Assembly (NCBI GenBank): GCA_013239625.1
Contig: MU054323.1
Coordinates: 19,114,819-19,178,818, forward strand
Reading direction: 5' to 3'
DNA: 64,000 nucleotides
Source: Lama guanicoe
Taxonomy: Eukaryota
Shown: positions 26,031 through 38,411 of the stretch, one piece after another
Position numbering within the stretch: position 1 is the stretch's first letter
Layout: each line of letters starts with the position of its first letter
The notes under the pieces: model-generated
Database searches by the model: none
What the model saw: only the letters and a program-made list of their open reading frames with translations
What the model was told of the DNA's origin: nothing
Program-made: the position numbers and the translations under genes

Positions 26031-27004
26031 AGTACAAAAAATTCAACAAGCTCATAGAAATCATTATGAGCTACTTTTTATTCTTTAGCATACATTTCAT
26101 AAAGTATTATTAATAATTACATTATTAAATACAAAACCTGTGAGGAAAGTAGAAAAAAAACTTAAAAAAAATTATTCCTATGTATCTTTGAACTGCCCCC
26201 AGTTGTTGTTAAGAACACCAATGACCACAACCCTTGGAGTATCTTTCAATGTACATAGCACGCTTATAGAGTCCCTCATTTGCTTGTCACAGTACCTTTC
26301 CAGGGGAGCAAATATGTTCAGAGGAAAAAGCAACTTGCCCAGAGGCCCGCTGCTAATAAGTTCTCGAGCAATGATTCGATCCTAGATTGTCTGCTGGCAC
26401 ACGTAAGGATCTTACATACATTATAGGACTCCAGAGGCGATTAGAGCACATTTTCTCAGTGAATGTAATTGTGGTTGGTGTTCTTTAGAAAGATCTGCTG
26501 CTTTTTTCTCATGACAATGGTAGTGGGTAAAACTTTGGCTCATAAAATACGGAATTCATTTTAAACTCCTAACATTACATAAAACTACTTAAATGAGCAC
26601 ACAGACTAATCACTGGATGTGGATAGATCTGTTATTATTACCACAGGAGTAGTGATAACATATTTTAATCATTTCAAATGTATTAATTTTGTTTTTATGT
26701 TAAATTATGACTAAAGATAAATGGATATTGAATCATATTTCACTGATTTCCACAGTTCCATACAGATAAAGGTATAATTGCGTTAATTCTTTATGGTTTC
26801 CTTTTACAGATGATATACCAATTCACTTAGCAGTACTCATGCGTTTCCAACATCTGGTCACAGCATAACAACATGGCTGTGTAGCAGCTGCAGTTCCACT
26901 TGAATCCAAGATAGCATTCCCAGTCCAAAATAGCACAGGAAGAGGTAAAAAGAGATGAAACCTAGCTTGGAGGAAATCTTAGGCATAATTTCATTGTCTT
27001 TTAG

Positions 27005-27145
27005 TAGTGTGTGTGTATATATATGTATGTATGTGTATGTATATATATATATATATCTCACTATATAATACACCATATATTATAAATATACAAACATATA
27101 TATAGTAATATATGAAGTATTTTACATAATACATAGTTATATACC
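27005..27145. repeat. (TG)/(TA)n-rich low-complexity tract
   Basis: Directly visible. Confidence 0.85.
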
Positions 27146-28549
27146 ATGTAGTTTTGCATGAAGGTGCCTGGTACACAGATGCATCCATCCTTATAATAAG
27201 TCATATGCAAATGTATATGTTGATTCTAATGAAAATAGAAAGAAGCTGAGGGTGATTCAAGGCAAGCCATAAGCCTCTCCTCATTCGGTGTGGCATTTCA
27301 GAAAACAGCTTTTCCTTCAAAAGGGAGTTACACGTGTACATTCTGATGTTGCCGATTTCTAGCTGGGTGTTTCTAAGAAACCATTTCAAGCCAGTAGATC
27401 TGAGTTTCTGCAGCTGGAAAATCAGAAATGTGTATTAGGTCAAAAGTGTTCAACCTATCTGCCTGCCTGCCTGTCTGTCCATCTAGTGAGCTAGCAAGCT
27501 TCTGCTTACCTAGCTACCTACCAATGTGGAACCTTTTGAAAATGAAATCTTACATGTGACCCCAAGCTGTCCCACTGGCTGAGTTTTTCTGTCTTTTTCC
27601 AAAGATTCATCAGTATCTTTTGTCCTCTTCTAGGCTATCTATTTTTCCCAATCCTGCTCTTCAAGGTAATATTATTTTACAAAATATAATTTGAAGGAAA
27701 AAAAACTGGACCAGATGATCTCTGTTTTCCTTACACTCTAATGCTCCATTATTGAATAAAAGCAGGGGACCCTCAACTGACTATACATTTAAGATCTCTC
27801 TCTCTATCCCTCCCTCTGAAGTCACCTTGGAATTTATCATGGTAGCTGGCTTGAGGTAAATTCTAACTTTATTTGTTTATAAATGGGTAACCAATGTAAT
27901 TCCTTTAATACTTCTATTATTTCTGCAAATCTGTGGTTTCTTGCATCAGTACCATCCTGTTAAATACTCATTCAAATATTCTTAGCTATTTAAGTAAATT
28001 ACACATTGATGTGTATTTTTCTTTCTAAAATATCTTCACTGTTCCTTCCTATATACATAATCACGTAAAATTCAACCCAATTTATAATCTTCCATATAAA
28101 TTTTAACATGAGTTTATAACTTTCGATTATGTATCTGTTGCACTTTTGATTGTGATTTCACTATATTCATAAGTTTGCTTGAGGAAATTGAAACTTTCAC
28201 TAGGAATAGAGCATATTTTACCATTATATCTCCTTTTGTGTACTTCACTAATGTTCCATAATTTCATTCACATGGTACTCATATTTCTTATTTACTATTT
28301 TCCTGACTATATTTTAATACAGAGGTTTCCTTGTTATTTTTAATGGGGTGCTTGCTTTCATTATATTTTAATAATTGATAAATGCTAGTATATAGACAAG
28401 CTGCTTATTAAGATGTTAAATTTAAAACCATAAACTATTACTGGTTGAAATACATTTCTCTGATTATTTTCTTGGCAAACAACCAAGAAAGTAATGGGCT
28501 TATTTTTCCTTTCAAATATTTATACTTGCTGGAACATAAAATGTTACTT

Positions 28550-28850
28550 GGGCAAAAGAGTTGACAGTTTCTTACAAAGTGAAAACTACACCTAACATCT
28601 GACCCAGTAATGTCATTTCTGAGTATTAATACAAGAGGAATAAAAACATACGTCCGCAAAAAGCATTGTACCTGAATTTTCACAGTAGTTTTATTCAGAA
28701 TAACTAAAAATTAGAAGCACCCCAAGTGTTTTTTCAACAGGAAAGCTGATAAATGAGTGTGGTTAATTCTACACTGGAAGTTAGCACAACAAAACAAAGG
28801 CAGGCATTACAACAGTAACTGATTTCAGAGAAGTCGAGTAAAAGAAGCCT
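28550..28850 (+). mobile_element. L1MB/MC 3' fragment
   Basis: ttgacagtttcttacaaagtgaaaactacacctaacatctgacccagtaatg...gttttattcagaataactaaaaattagaagcaccccaagtg. Confidence 0.7.
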
Positions 28851-29079
28851 TCTGTCCTAAGGATAGCTTTGTATGCTGAGTATTTAAATTATTTAATTCC
28901 TTTCATATTTGATTTTATTAAATATATTTAAGGGTACAATTTCACCATTAACCTCTAGCTGCATCTGTATCCCAGAGGTTTTGACATGTACTTTCATTTA
29001 TATTCAGGTCTATGTATTTTGTTAATTCTAGTTATTCCTTCTTCATCACTTGATTTAAAAAAAGAGATGAAAAGTGAAG

Positions 29080-30200
29080 TCAAAAGACCATATGAGTTCT
29101 GACATTTTATTGGGCAGATGTTGTCAGGTCTCCCTACTACAAGACAGGTCTTGACCAGCCCCAGGTTTATTCCCTCAGAGTGGTACCCAAGTCCATCACT
29201 CCTGCCAGCTCTTGACTCTACCTTTGAGATGTACTTGCTTTTCCATTACCCTCTTCCAGCTGTACCTGCAGAGTAAGAATCAGAGGAAGTGCCTTTCTTG
29301 GTAACCAAGAAGATTTTCCAACCTGTTCCTTTCCTTGACAAAGCTGGGGTCCAGGGGCATTTGAAATATTTCGGTACTTTAGACCCAGTTGGCTTTGCTT
29401 TTGCTAGCTGACATCTTTTTTTAAGGACTGATCAATTCCTTTGGCAAAAGCCACATTCACAATCCTTTTTGAGAAAGAACTTTGTATTTAATTTCAGGTA
29501 ATTTGGATGCAAGTGCCCATGCAACAAAGCATTTCATCTTTGTAGAGCCATTCAGGTCTAGAAGAAAGTCTACTAGATGCTATCTAAATATTTCCAAAAG
29601 TGTTAACCAATGACCAAATGGGACTGAAGCCACACTCTTTGATCTTTACCTGGAGCCTGTATCTTAATGGTTGCATGTTGTGTTCGATCTTTTCTGTGCA
29701 GCTGCATTTAAATGGCCCACCTTTGATGTGGTGAAAAACTGACTCTGAAATTTACCTTTAATTTCCATCTAAATTATTTTGTAAACCAGCCAGTCTCACT
29801 GTAAGCTCATGATTTTCTTGCATCACTGTAACAAATGCAACCAGCAGGAGCCAGCTCAGACTTCACACTTCCAACATTCTCTTTCAAAATCTCATCATTT
29901 AGTTTCACCAACTGATTGGGTAAATCTCCTGTTTTCACGTTATTTTAGGCAATACTTTGACAAAGTGTTTCACCACCATGTGAGTCACTCGTTTCCAGCC
30001 TTCTATGTTTCCTCATATGTGGCCCAACTGTGCAGACATTTCAAGGCCTCCGCTTACATCATGTGTGCTAACATCCTGCTGGCCAAAGTCAGTCATATGG
30101 CCAAAGCCCTGATCCAGCATGATGGGAAGTGTAGTCTTCCCACACAGGTGCTGGTCACGGGAAGTGAATGTTTCCTGACCACGGATCTTCATCTACCATA
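29080..30200 (-). mobile_element. ERVL-MaLR internal fragment plus MLT1-type LTR
   Basis: MaLR-int-like text, followed by gtgctaacatcctgctggccaaagtcagtcatatggccaaagccc...gggaagtgtagtcttccc...atctacca. Confidence 0.6.
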
Positions 30201-30749
30201 CTATTCTAGTATCATGATACATTTTTAAATGAGCCTGTCCACAGAAAAGGGTAATTAGAATGTTTGAAACTCGTCCTTGGGATTTTCAAGTCGGCATTTG
30301 AATATATCAGTGGAGAGCTTGCTATTTTATTTGTGCCACATAGTTTTCATTATACTGTGGACATACTCTTTGAAAGGGCATCCACATACACAGGGAGTGG
30401 CTGAAGTCTCTTACTATTTCCATCACCCTATCCCAGAAAATTTATGACCATTCCACTATGCATAGTGGACACAGACTCTAAAGAAAAAGTTTCTCTCTGC
30501 AGAAGTTTATTACTTCTCAATCCCCTTAATATTTTCTGGCATCTTCCACAGAAACAGAGGAAGGGAGTAAGAGGGGTTGCACATATGAACATAATCCTAA
30601 TGGTTGAACCATTTTATAGCAAAGGGATTTCTGAGAAACATACTTCACAGAAGTAATTGCCTTTCATGAAACATTTATTTTGTAAGTGAAAAAAAAATAC
30701 TGTTTAAAGATGACTTAAGTATTATTTTCTCTTTTGCTTGCTTTTCATG

Positions 30750-31260
30750 AATCATGATTACAGGAGGGTGGGGAATTTGTGTGCTGGTCCAGGAAAAGGT
30801 TACGACCATGGCAGGCAGTAGTGCGCCCAGCTTTGACTGGCGATGCCTTGATAGGTTTGCGTGGGGGAGAAGCCTCTCATAGAACAAGTCTGTCCAGAGG
30901 CAGTAGCTCAGGGGTCTGCTACTCAGAAGGGGACAGAGATAAGACAACTCCCAGGGAAGGGGGCGAACTGAGAGGGAGCTTAGACCTCCAGGTAAAGTTG
31001 CTAAGCCTCCTAGGAGGGGAGTCTTTGGTCAGAGAGCTGAAAAACAGGACCCTTACAACTGCAAGGCCCCATTTAATCAGTAGATAACAGCTGTTGGATG
31101 AGGATTCATGGGGTATTCAAAGCAAGAAGGCTCTACGTGGCTAAACATTCGCTTGTCTGGTCTAGTTTTAAAATAATTAGATGTGCAAATATTTGAGTTT
31201 GGCGCTAGCAGACTTTTGAGCTGGAAGGTCTCGGTCTGCAGGGAAGAAATATTGTAGGCG
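30750..31260. mobile_element. Probable old solo LTR (ERV1/ERVL-like, family not recognised)
   Basis: GC-richer ~500-bp island in AT-rich DNA with LTR-like text (aaggctctacgtggctaaacattcgcttgtctgg...gacttttgagctgg). Confidence 0.35.
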
Positions 31261-31349
31261 CCAATACACAGAGACCAAATTTTTCCTCATTTATGTAACA
31301 ATGATGCACTAGAATAAACAGCAAGTTAGGATATCTGGAACTTTGCCTG

Positions 31350-31455
31350 CAGTTTGAGCTCTGAGACGAAGTTTTTAGGGACTTGGGTTACGTGTGTCAT
31401 TTAACATCTCTGAACCTGATTCTCCTCTTCTCTAAAATAAAGAGATTAGATTAGA
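31350..31455 (+). mobile_element. MIR SINE fragment
   Basis: gtcatttaacatctctgaacctgattctcctcttctctaaaataaagag. Confidence 0.6.
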
Positions 31456-31459
31456 TGGA

Positions 31460-31675
31460 TCCAGAAATGACTTGCAAGCCAAATCTGGCCCACCACCTGG
31501 TTTTATAAATATTTTAGTGGGACACAACCACATCTGTTTGTCCACCTATTGCCCATGTCTGCTTTCTGTCTGCTAAGGCATAATTAAATTGTTGTGAAAA
31601 TGACCATATGGCTCACAAGCCTAAAATATTTACAATTTGGCCCTTTACAGAAAGGTCTGCTGACCACCGGCCTAG
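31460..31675. mobile_element. MER58-type hAT-Charlie MITE
   Basis: gccaaatctggcccaccacctggttttataaat...gctcacaagcctaaaatatttacaatttggccctttacagaaaggtctgctgacc. Confidence 0.8.
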
Positions 31676-33008
31676 ACTGTATCATGGGCTTCCTTCAGCC
31701 TAAACCCTTTTTGACTTAAGAGCTGGACTTGTAATTTCTCTTAGCATCTTAGAGTTCCTGCGTCTTATTTTTACTTACCTTTTGAATAGTCACTCAATAC
31801 TCCAGCTATGGAGTCTATTCGTAAGCTTCTCTTACAGCTAACATGATATTGCCAGTCTCCCTGAATAAATCAGTAGCTATTTCATTTTCATGAAGCCAAG
31901 GTGAAATGAAAATGGAAGGAGAAGGTAAAAACGTGCAGGGAAATGAAAAATGTGATATTTAATTGAAATAACATGAGTATTATACGTTGAAAGAAATGTA
32001 ATTACCTAATTGGATTTCAGCCAGCAGCATGTCTTCTCTGTCTTGGTTGAGTGACTGGGGTCATTTCATCTCATCAGGATTCAAGCCCACATTTTTGTAT
32101 CTGATCTGGCAAAGGACAAAAATTAGTCAGAAGAAAGCCATTCATTTAGGCACTTAGATTTTTATTTGGCAAACATTGTAATCAATTATAAATTCCGTAT
32201 TTCAACAAGCAATTTCTAGTTATTACGAGAAGCTTCAAACTGTCAGAAATCAGACTGAAACCTCTCAGAAATGATTGTCTTCCTCCGTAATGAAAGTCAG
32301 GCTTATTTTGCTCTTTGAGTACAGTTTTATGCAGCTCTTCATTGTATTGCCAGCTCAAGAATAGTAAAACAAATTACATAACTACACATCACATATATTT
32401 AAAAAATAATTTAAAGCACACTTACTTAAAAAGAGATATGTGTTCTTCTCAGAATGTTTTTGTCATCTATATTTAAAATAATTCCTTCATGAAGACTCTT
32501 TTGAATGTGGTTGAAATCACAATTTGTTTAAATTCATTTCTACTACGCATTCTATGGCGAAGGACCAGTGGATGTGGTAAAAAAAGATAATGGCCATGGA
32601 GTTTCACTGATTTTCAAACAGAAAGTGCAAGATGGGAATTGGAAAATCTTAAATATACTTTCTATTTACATGAAGAGTACATATATTATTTGACCAGATT
32701 TTCTAATTTTAACACATATTATGTTTGCTGTGTATGAAAATTCATAATGAACCACATCTAGGTCTAGCTGACAGATGCTAAATTGTTACAATGTTTCAAG
32801 CACTGCTAGTGGTACTTTTACAGGTATTTCCTTATTTAATACTGACTGTAGCCCTGTGGACTGGTTTCTTTTTCTTGTTGTTTGACTCTGTTTTTTGTCT
32901 CCACTATATAGTTGAGGATACGGAGGCTCAGAGAGGTAAAGTGTACACAAAAAAATACAGAGCAAAAAAAAAAAATCAGCAGAGCCAAGTTTCAAACCAA
33001 AAGCTTTG

Positions 33009-33205
33009 TTTTTTTTGTTTTTGTTTTTATTTTGTTTTATTGAAGTATAGCCAAGTTACAATGTTGTATTAGTTTCTGGTGTACAGCATAGTGATTCAGT
33101 TATACATATAATACATATTTCTCATATTTTTCTTTATAGGTTATTACAAGGTAATATAGTTCCCTGTGCTGTACAGTAGGACCTTGTTTATCTGTTCTGT
33201 ACATA
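33009..33205 (-). mobile_element. Short L1 3' end inserted into a MIR, with TSD
   Basis: 17-bp TSD tcaaaccaaaagctttg (32992-33008) versus tcaaacccaaggctttg (33206-33222), 2 mismatches. MIR core gttgaggatacggaggctcagagaggtaaagtg upstream at ~32900. Confidence 0.88.
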
Positions 33206-34549
33206 TCAAACCCAAGGCTTTGGCTGTCTAAATAGAATAAAGACAAAAATATTTTCTCTCCCGCTAACCTAAGCTCATGCTGACTCTGCTCTGCTTTGCT
33301 GACACATTCATAAGATGGATAAAATCTTGTTAAAAAAAAATGACAATTAAAACAAAATTCTTCAGAGTGCTTTTTGAGAATTTTTCGTGGCAAGTATCAA
33401 GCATCAATGAAAAGCACCTGTTCTAAAATGGGGGCAGTAAAAGATAAAAGGTTATAAGCAAATATTAATTAATCGTGAAGTCAAATTGGTGGTGGTGATG
33501 TTTAAATCAGACATTTTCCAAATGTACATTTCCTTTGTTCCCTTGCTGCTGCCAGCACTGAATTTTTTCTCATCCTCTAGTTCCTACCGTATTTAGGAGC
33601 TACCCCAGTAGAGTGCCAGCTCAGATGCCATGTGACAATTGGCAATGCTGTGTCAGTGATATGGAGGGAGCAGCAAGCTGGAGGACCCATACACCCAGGG
33701 ATTAGTGGGAGATGATGGTCTTTTGGGGCAGCTGCCACGTCAGGTGGACCATGCATCCTTTAGCACAACAGATCAGCTGTCCTCACGCTGCAGCTTTTGG
33801 AAGGTGACACCGTGGAAGTCACCTCGCCTTGTCTCCAGAACAGCGTAATTTTGACAAGGATTTTAGTTCCTGCTGCTGAGTAGAGCACGTTCAGTGCCTT
33901 GTCAGCTGGCAGGGGAGGTGAGAAGAGCCCTTAGCCCAGCTTCCTTTATGGAATGCTGTTGGCAGGTAGGAAGGAGATGTGTGGCCCACCTGGATAGGTG
34001 CTGAAAATGGCTTCTGTTTTGCGACAAACCTCAAATTCCAGAAAGCATGTTCTGTAAAGCAAACGCCTCTCGGGTGTATACCTTCTTCCCACAGAATTCC
34101 GTTACAGAAGTCAAGTCGCGTTTTCTAGTATCGAACTTAAAGTCTCTGCTGAGTGCATTGTATTAAGAAGGGGTTAAACGTTAAATAGGATGCTCGATAT
34201 TTAAGTGGCCAAAAAAAATTACTGTGAAAAAATTTCTGTATTTCCTGCTGGCACTCACTTGCCTTCCTGAAGAATTCTGTCAAAGATGGTATTACTTTCT
34301 TCCTTGATTGGGAATTCTCCCTCAGCCGTTAACTGGTTAGTGTGAAATTGCTAAGTAACGAGTTTGTGATAAGAGTTTTACAAGCATCTATATTTCTATC
34401 TAAAGTCTGTTTTGATATCCCAGGGGTTATTTATGTATTTATTACTACTGAGCATCTTTTGAATAATTTTTGTATTAGGGGAACTTAGTACATTAGAGAT
34501 CCAGCCTGCTCGAGCTTTTTTTTTTTTTCTAACTTTTCAAATAGAACCC

Positions 34550-35071
34550 TATGACTGAATCCAAACTCATTCTGCTCACTGCACGACAGGCCAATAAATC
34601 AAGAGGCATGGTGTTGGGACAAGGAATAGCGACTTTATTCAGAAATCCAGCAGACCAAGAAGATGAGGGACTACTAATGTCCTAGAGAACTATCTTCCCC
34701 AAGTCAGAATTCAGGCTCCTTTTATACTAAAAAGGTAGGGGGTGTGGCTGGTGGTTGGAAACTTCTTGGGGTCAGAATCCTTCGTTCTTGCAGTTGTCCA
34801 TCTAGGTCAGGTCATGATGTTCTTGCAAATCTCCAGCAAGAGAAATGTTATTCTGTGTTCTGCAACTTTTTATCGCTATATGAATGGAAAAGTGCTATAT
34901 CCTTAAAGGTCAGAGACTTGCGAATGGGCTGTCCTGTCTGTTTTGGGCTATAGGCAGCATTCTTTTGCAAAAGGTGCAGAATCAGCATGACTAAGCACAG
35001 GAAACAGAGCACAGGGTTAAAGCTAAAGGAACAGACCTAATACAGAGTCAGATTTGTTGTTCTTTGTTACA
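34550..35071 (-). mobile_element. Solo LTR, ERV1 class, same family as the LTR at 42893-43414 (resembles cetartiodactyl MER41-like LTRs)
   Basis: Reverse complement begins tgtaacaaagaacaacaaatctgactctgtattagg, has TATA (tagtataaaagg) and AATAAA, and ends gagcagaatgagtttggattcagtcata. Flanks accc/acca are a possible 4-bp TSD. Confidence 0.9.
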
Positions 35072-36829
35072 ACCACATAGGTGACCAATCTAATACCAGA
35101 ACCAGGCAGGCTCTGTCAATCAAACACACATGAGAGCCTGACTCAGGATAGAGTAATGTGAGGAAGAGGATGCTAGGGAGAATTTACTGGGGAAGATACG
35201 CAGGCGTGATGAAGGGGACGTGTCTGTTTCCACCGGACTAGCCGAAAGTGTGATCTAGGTGTTGGGATCTGAACTACCTTCCTCTCCTTCCAAGTCTTTG
35301 GCCTTTGCCGATACTCGGTGAACTGCCACTATCTGTCAGTGTATGTTTTTGCAAGTGCGGGCATAATATAGCTAGACTAGGTGCTCTTGGAAAACTGCCA
35401 ATAACAAATAACCAAGCTTTCAAACATTAATCTTCAGTTCTTGTTTTGATATCCCACGTAACTCTTAGTAGAGAGGAGTATAGCAGGTTTGTCCCCTTGG
35501 ATGCCACAATTAATTTCACCTGTTCTCTGTTCTCTTTCCCTTCACTTCGTGTAACTATTCTTACTGTTTGGGGCAGTGCTCTCATTTGGTTACCCTTTCC
35601 ATATTGAATTTTTGCAATGAAGCTAACTTCACTTCCAGTCTTGCATCACCAATTCAATTTTCACAGTCTGCATGTCTCCACACACTTCTGCCTACCCTAA
35701 GAAAAAATGAATAAGAGTTCTTGAAATATGAAAAATAAATTGGGTCAGAAAGCTTTTCTGTTAAAATTGCATTATTCTCCCACAGCAGGTGAAAGATCAG
35801 CACGGTATTGTGAAGTGCAACTCTCAATATATTGAAGATGCAGGACCAAATAATTTTAGAGGTCAAAGGGACTTTATAATTCATCTTCACCAATTTTCTA
35901 ACCCCTTCCTTAGAAATCTTTTCAGTAGTATCTTTGGCAGACGGTCGTCTAGTTTCTGCTTAAACACACTGTAGTGGTGGGGACTCTGCTTTTATAAAGT
36001 GTCCATTTACTAACCTACAGTAAGTATTGATTATTGTGTATGCCCCAGGCACACTGCTAGGAAGAGAGATGCTAGATATTACATACTAGCTGTTGCGAGC
36101 CATATCTTTAGAATGTTCTTCTCACTTTACAATGAGGTGAAATTCATCTTACTTTAACTCCCATTAATGGGCACATATTTAATATTAGTAATTAAAATGA
36201 CTATCTTGAGCTTCATGATCCAAACAACTAAATTTAATTAGTAAGTAGAGTGATTGGTACATATCCCATTTAATTATACTTTTTGACAGGATAGTATTCT
36301 TAATTAAAATATCAAGGTTTACTAACTTAACACCATGCTTAAAAGAAGATATTTGTTCAGATTAGGACAAAAATAAGCATATAAGTTTACTTTATCTTCT
36401 CATTTGTCATTGTTTTTAACAATCTTATTTCAAGAGTAGCATATTTCATTCTATATTTTAATCAAAATATAACGTATTTTCTTAACTTTGAATTAAATAT
36501 TCATAATGGAATTTAAAGCCCACTTGGCTTTAATCCTTTTGAAAAGTTTGATGAATCCTAAGTACACAACAGGATCATCTGAAGTGATTTAATAACTACT
36601 GAGGCTACCTCACCACTATCCATTCTGATTAATTGGATTTTGGTGGGACAAAGGCACTGGTAGGTTTCTAATCTACCCAAGACATTGTAGAACCACTGTT
36701 TAAAGGAAAGCTTGAGATCTCTTAATGCATCTTTCCTATGTCTGTGTAATAATAATAATCAGATACAAGCCTTGCTTTCTTCTCCAAATCCATTTTCTCA
36801 TGCCTCTTTCCTCATATGTGTCGGTAGCA

Positions 36830-37965
36830 TGAAATGATAGGAAAACAAGTAAATTAAAAAATGGATCAAACATTTGTAGAAGTACTTCACAAAGAAGGCA
36901 TATGAATGATCAGTAAACACCTGAAAGATGCTTAGCATCACTGGTCATCAGGGACATGTGATTAAAACCATGAACACACGTTAGAATGGTTAAATTAAAA
37001 AAAGAAGCATGGCTTTATTTACCAAGTATGGGAGAGAATGTGGAGCAACTGGAATTCTCATACATTGTTGATAGGATTGCAAAATGGCATGGCTGATTTG
37101 GGAAATTTAAAGCAGTATATTTTAAGTCACTTATCACGTCTTGTGTAAGACAACACAAAAGAAAATAAGATGTACATAGAACTTGTATGAATATTCATAG
37201 CAATATTATTCATAATCAAAATCTGGAAACAGCCCAAGTTGTCCATCAAATTGTGAACAGATCGACAAATTATCTTTTAACCATGCTATGAAATATCTGT
37301 CAGTAATGTGTTGATGTAACTAAAAAACATTTTGCTAAATGAAAGAACTCAAAAGTCTACTTATATGAAATTCTAAAAAAGGCAAAACTAATAGTGACAG
37401 AAAACAGATCAGTGGTTGCCTGGAGACAAGGATAAGGGGTCTGGATTCGCTTCAGATGGTAATATGGGAGCTTTTGAAGGTGGTGGAACAGTTCTAAATT
37501 TTGATTATAATGGAAGTTATAACTAGAAGATTTATCAAACTGTATTCCTAAAGAGTGAATTTTGTTGTTTATAAATTATAGCCAATAACTGTTAAAAAGT
37601 AAGACCTAGAATTAGGCATTTTCATATACTATAGATGGAACTGTAAGTTGGCACACCCTTTTTGGAGGGCTACCTAGGGACATCTGTGACAATTATACCT
37701 TTTCTTTATGTAATTCCACATTTAGATATTTATGCAATGGAAATCTTCACTTGTCTACAAAGATGTAAGAGGAAGCTTATTCACTGAAACATTGCTTTTA
37801 ATATCAACAGGGCCTGCTGCAATCAATTATAGTATATCCATACAACAGAACGTCATGCAGCTTTTATAAAATGTAGCATATCTATGTGGAAAGTTTCTAA
37901 CATATATAAAATCAGAAGCATTAAGGCACAGAACAGTGTGGATAGTATACTAACGTGCACATAAA
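36830..37965 (+). mobile_element. Two old L1M (L1MC/ME) 3' fragments
   Basis: gatgcttagcatcactggtcatcagggacatgtgattaaaacca...gagaatgtggagcaactggaattctcatacattg...ggcaaaactaatagtgacagaaaacagatcagtggttgcc. Confidence 0.8.
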
Positions 37966-38002
37966 AACCAAGCAGAACAAGTTTGGACTCAGTAACAAAT
38001 CT

Positions 38003-38021
38003 TGTCAAAGCCAGGCAGGAG
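38003..38021 (+). promoter_or_regulatory. Primer-binding site, degenerate tRNA-Arg(ACG) type
   Basis: tgtcaaagccaggcaggag (the inverted copy has ...agccagccaggag) versus TGGCGAGCCAGCCAGGAG, the complement of the tRNA-Arg(ACG) 3' end. It lies 5 nt after the U5 terminal CA. Confidence 0.75.
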
Positions 38022-38411
38022 CCTTGCTGCTTGTGACCAGCCAGCCCCACCTGGGGAGTTTTCAGGTGAGGCCCTAGCAGCTGCCAGGACCACCTGTCCT
38101 GAGGCTCCTCCCTTCAAAACTTCCCGAAGCAGCACCACTGCCCTAGCGCGTGGCAGTTGGAGCAAGGAATCGACATCCGGGGGCCAATGGGCTCCATACA
38201 TACAGTAGGGTAAGTCGCTCTGGTGTGTACAGCCAGAAACTTTATTCCTCTCCATTTGGGGCTTTCTCTGGAATAAACCAGTCTGTTTTAGAGGGGTACC
38301 CTGTTGGCGAGAGGAAAGAGTTGTTGGACTTTTACCCAACTTGTGAGCTGGTGCATTTGTGTGCGTCGTTTGTGTTTCGTTTGTCTTGTATTCCTATCTT
38401 TAAAAAAAAAG

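Noticed and set aside
26810..26944. Exon-like segment with a strong acceptor and a GTaaaa donor
   Set aside because: Stop codons in all three frames. It could only be non-coding, and there is no independent support.
29809..30228. 139-aa ATG ORF
   Set aside because: It lies within MaLR internal/LTR relic sequence and has no recognisable homology.
34550..35071. Solo LTR as the displaced 5' LTR of the provirus
   Set aside because: It has its own complete U5 end and possible TSD. Its U5 differs from the remnant at 37971-37997 and it has multiple indels relative to the 3' LTR.
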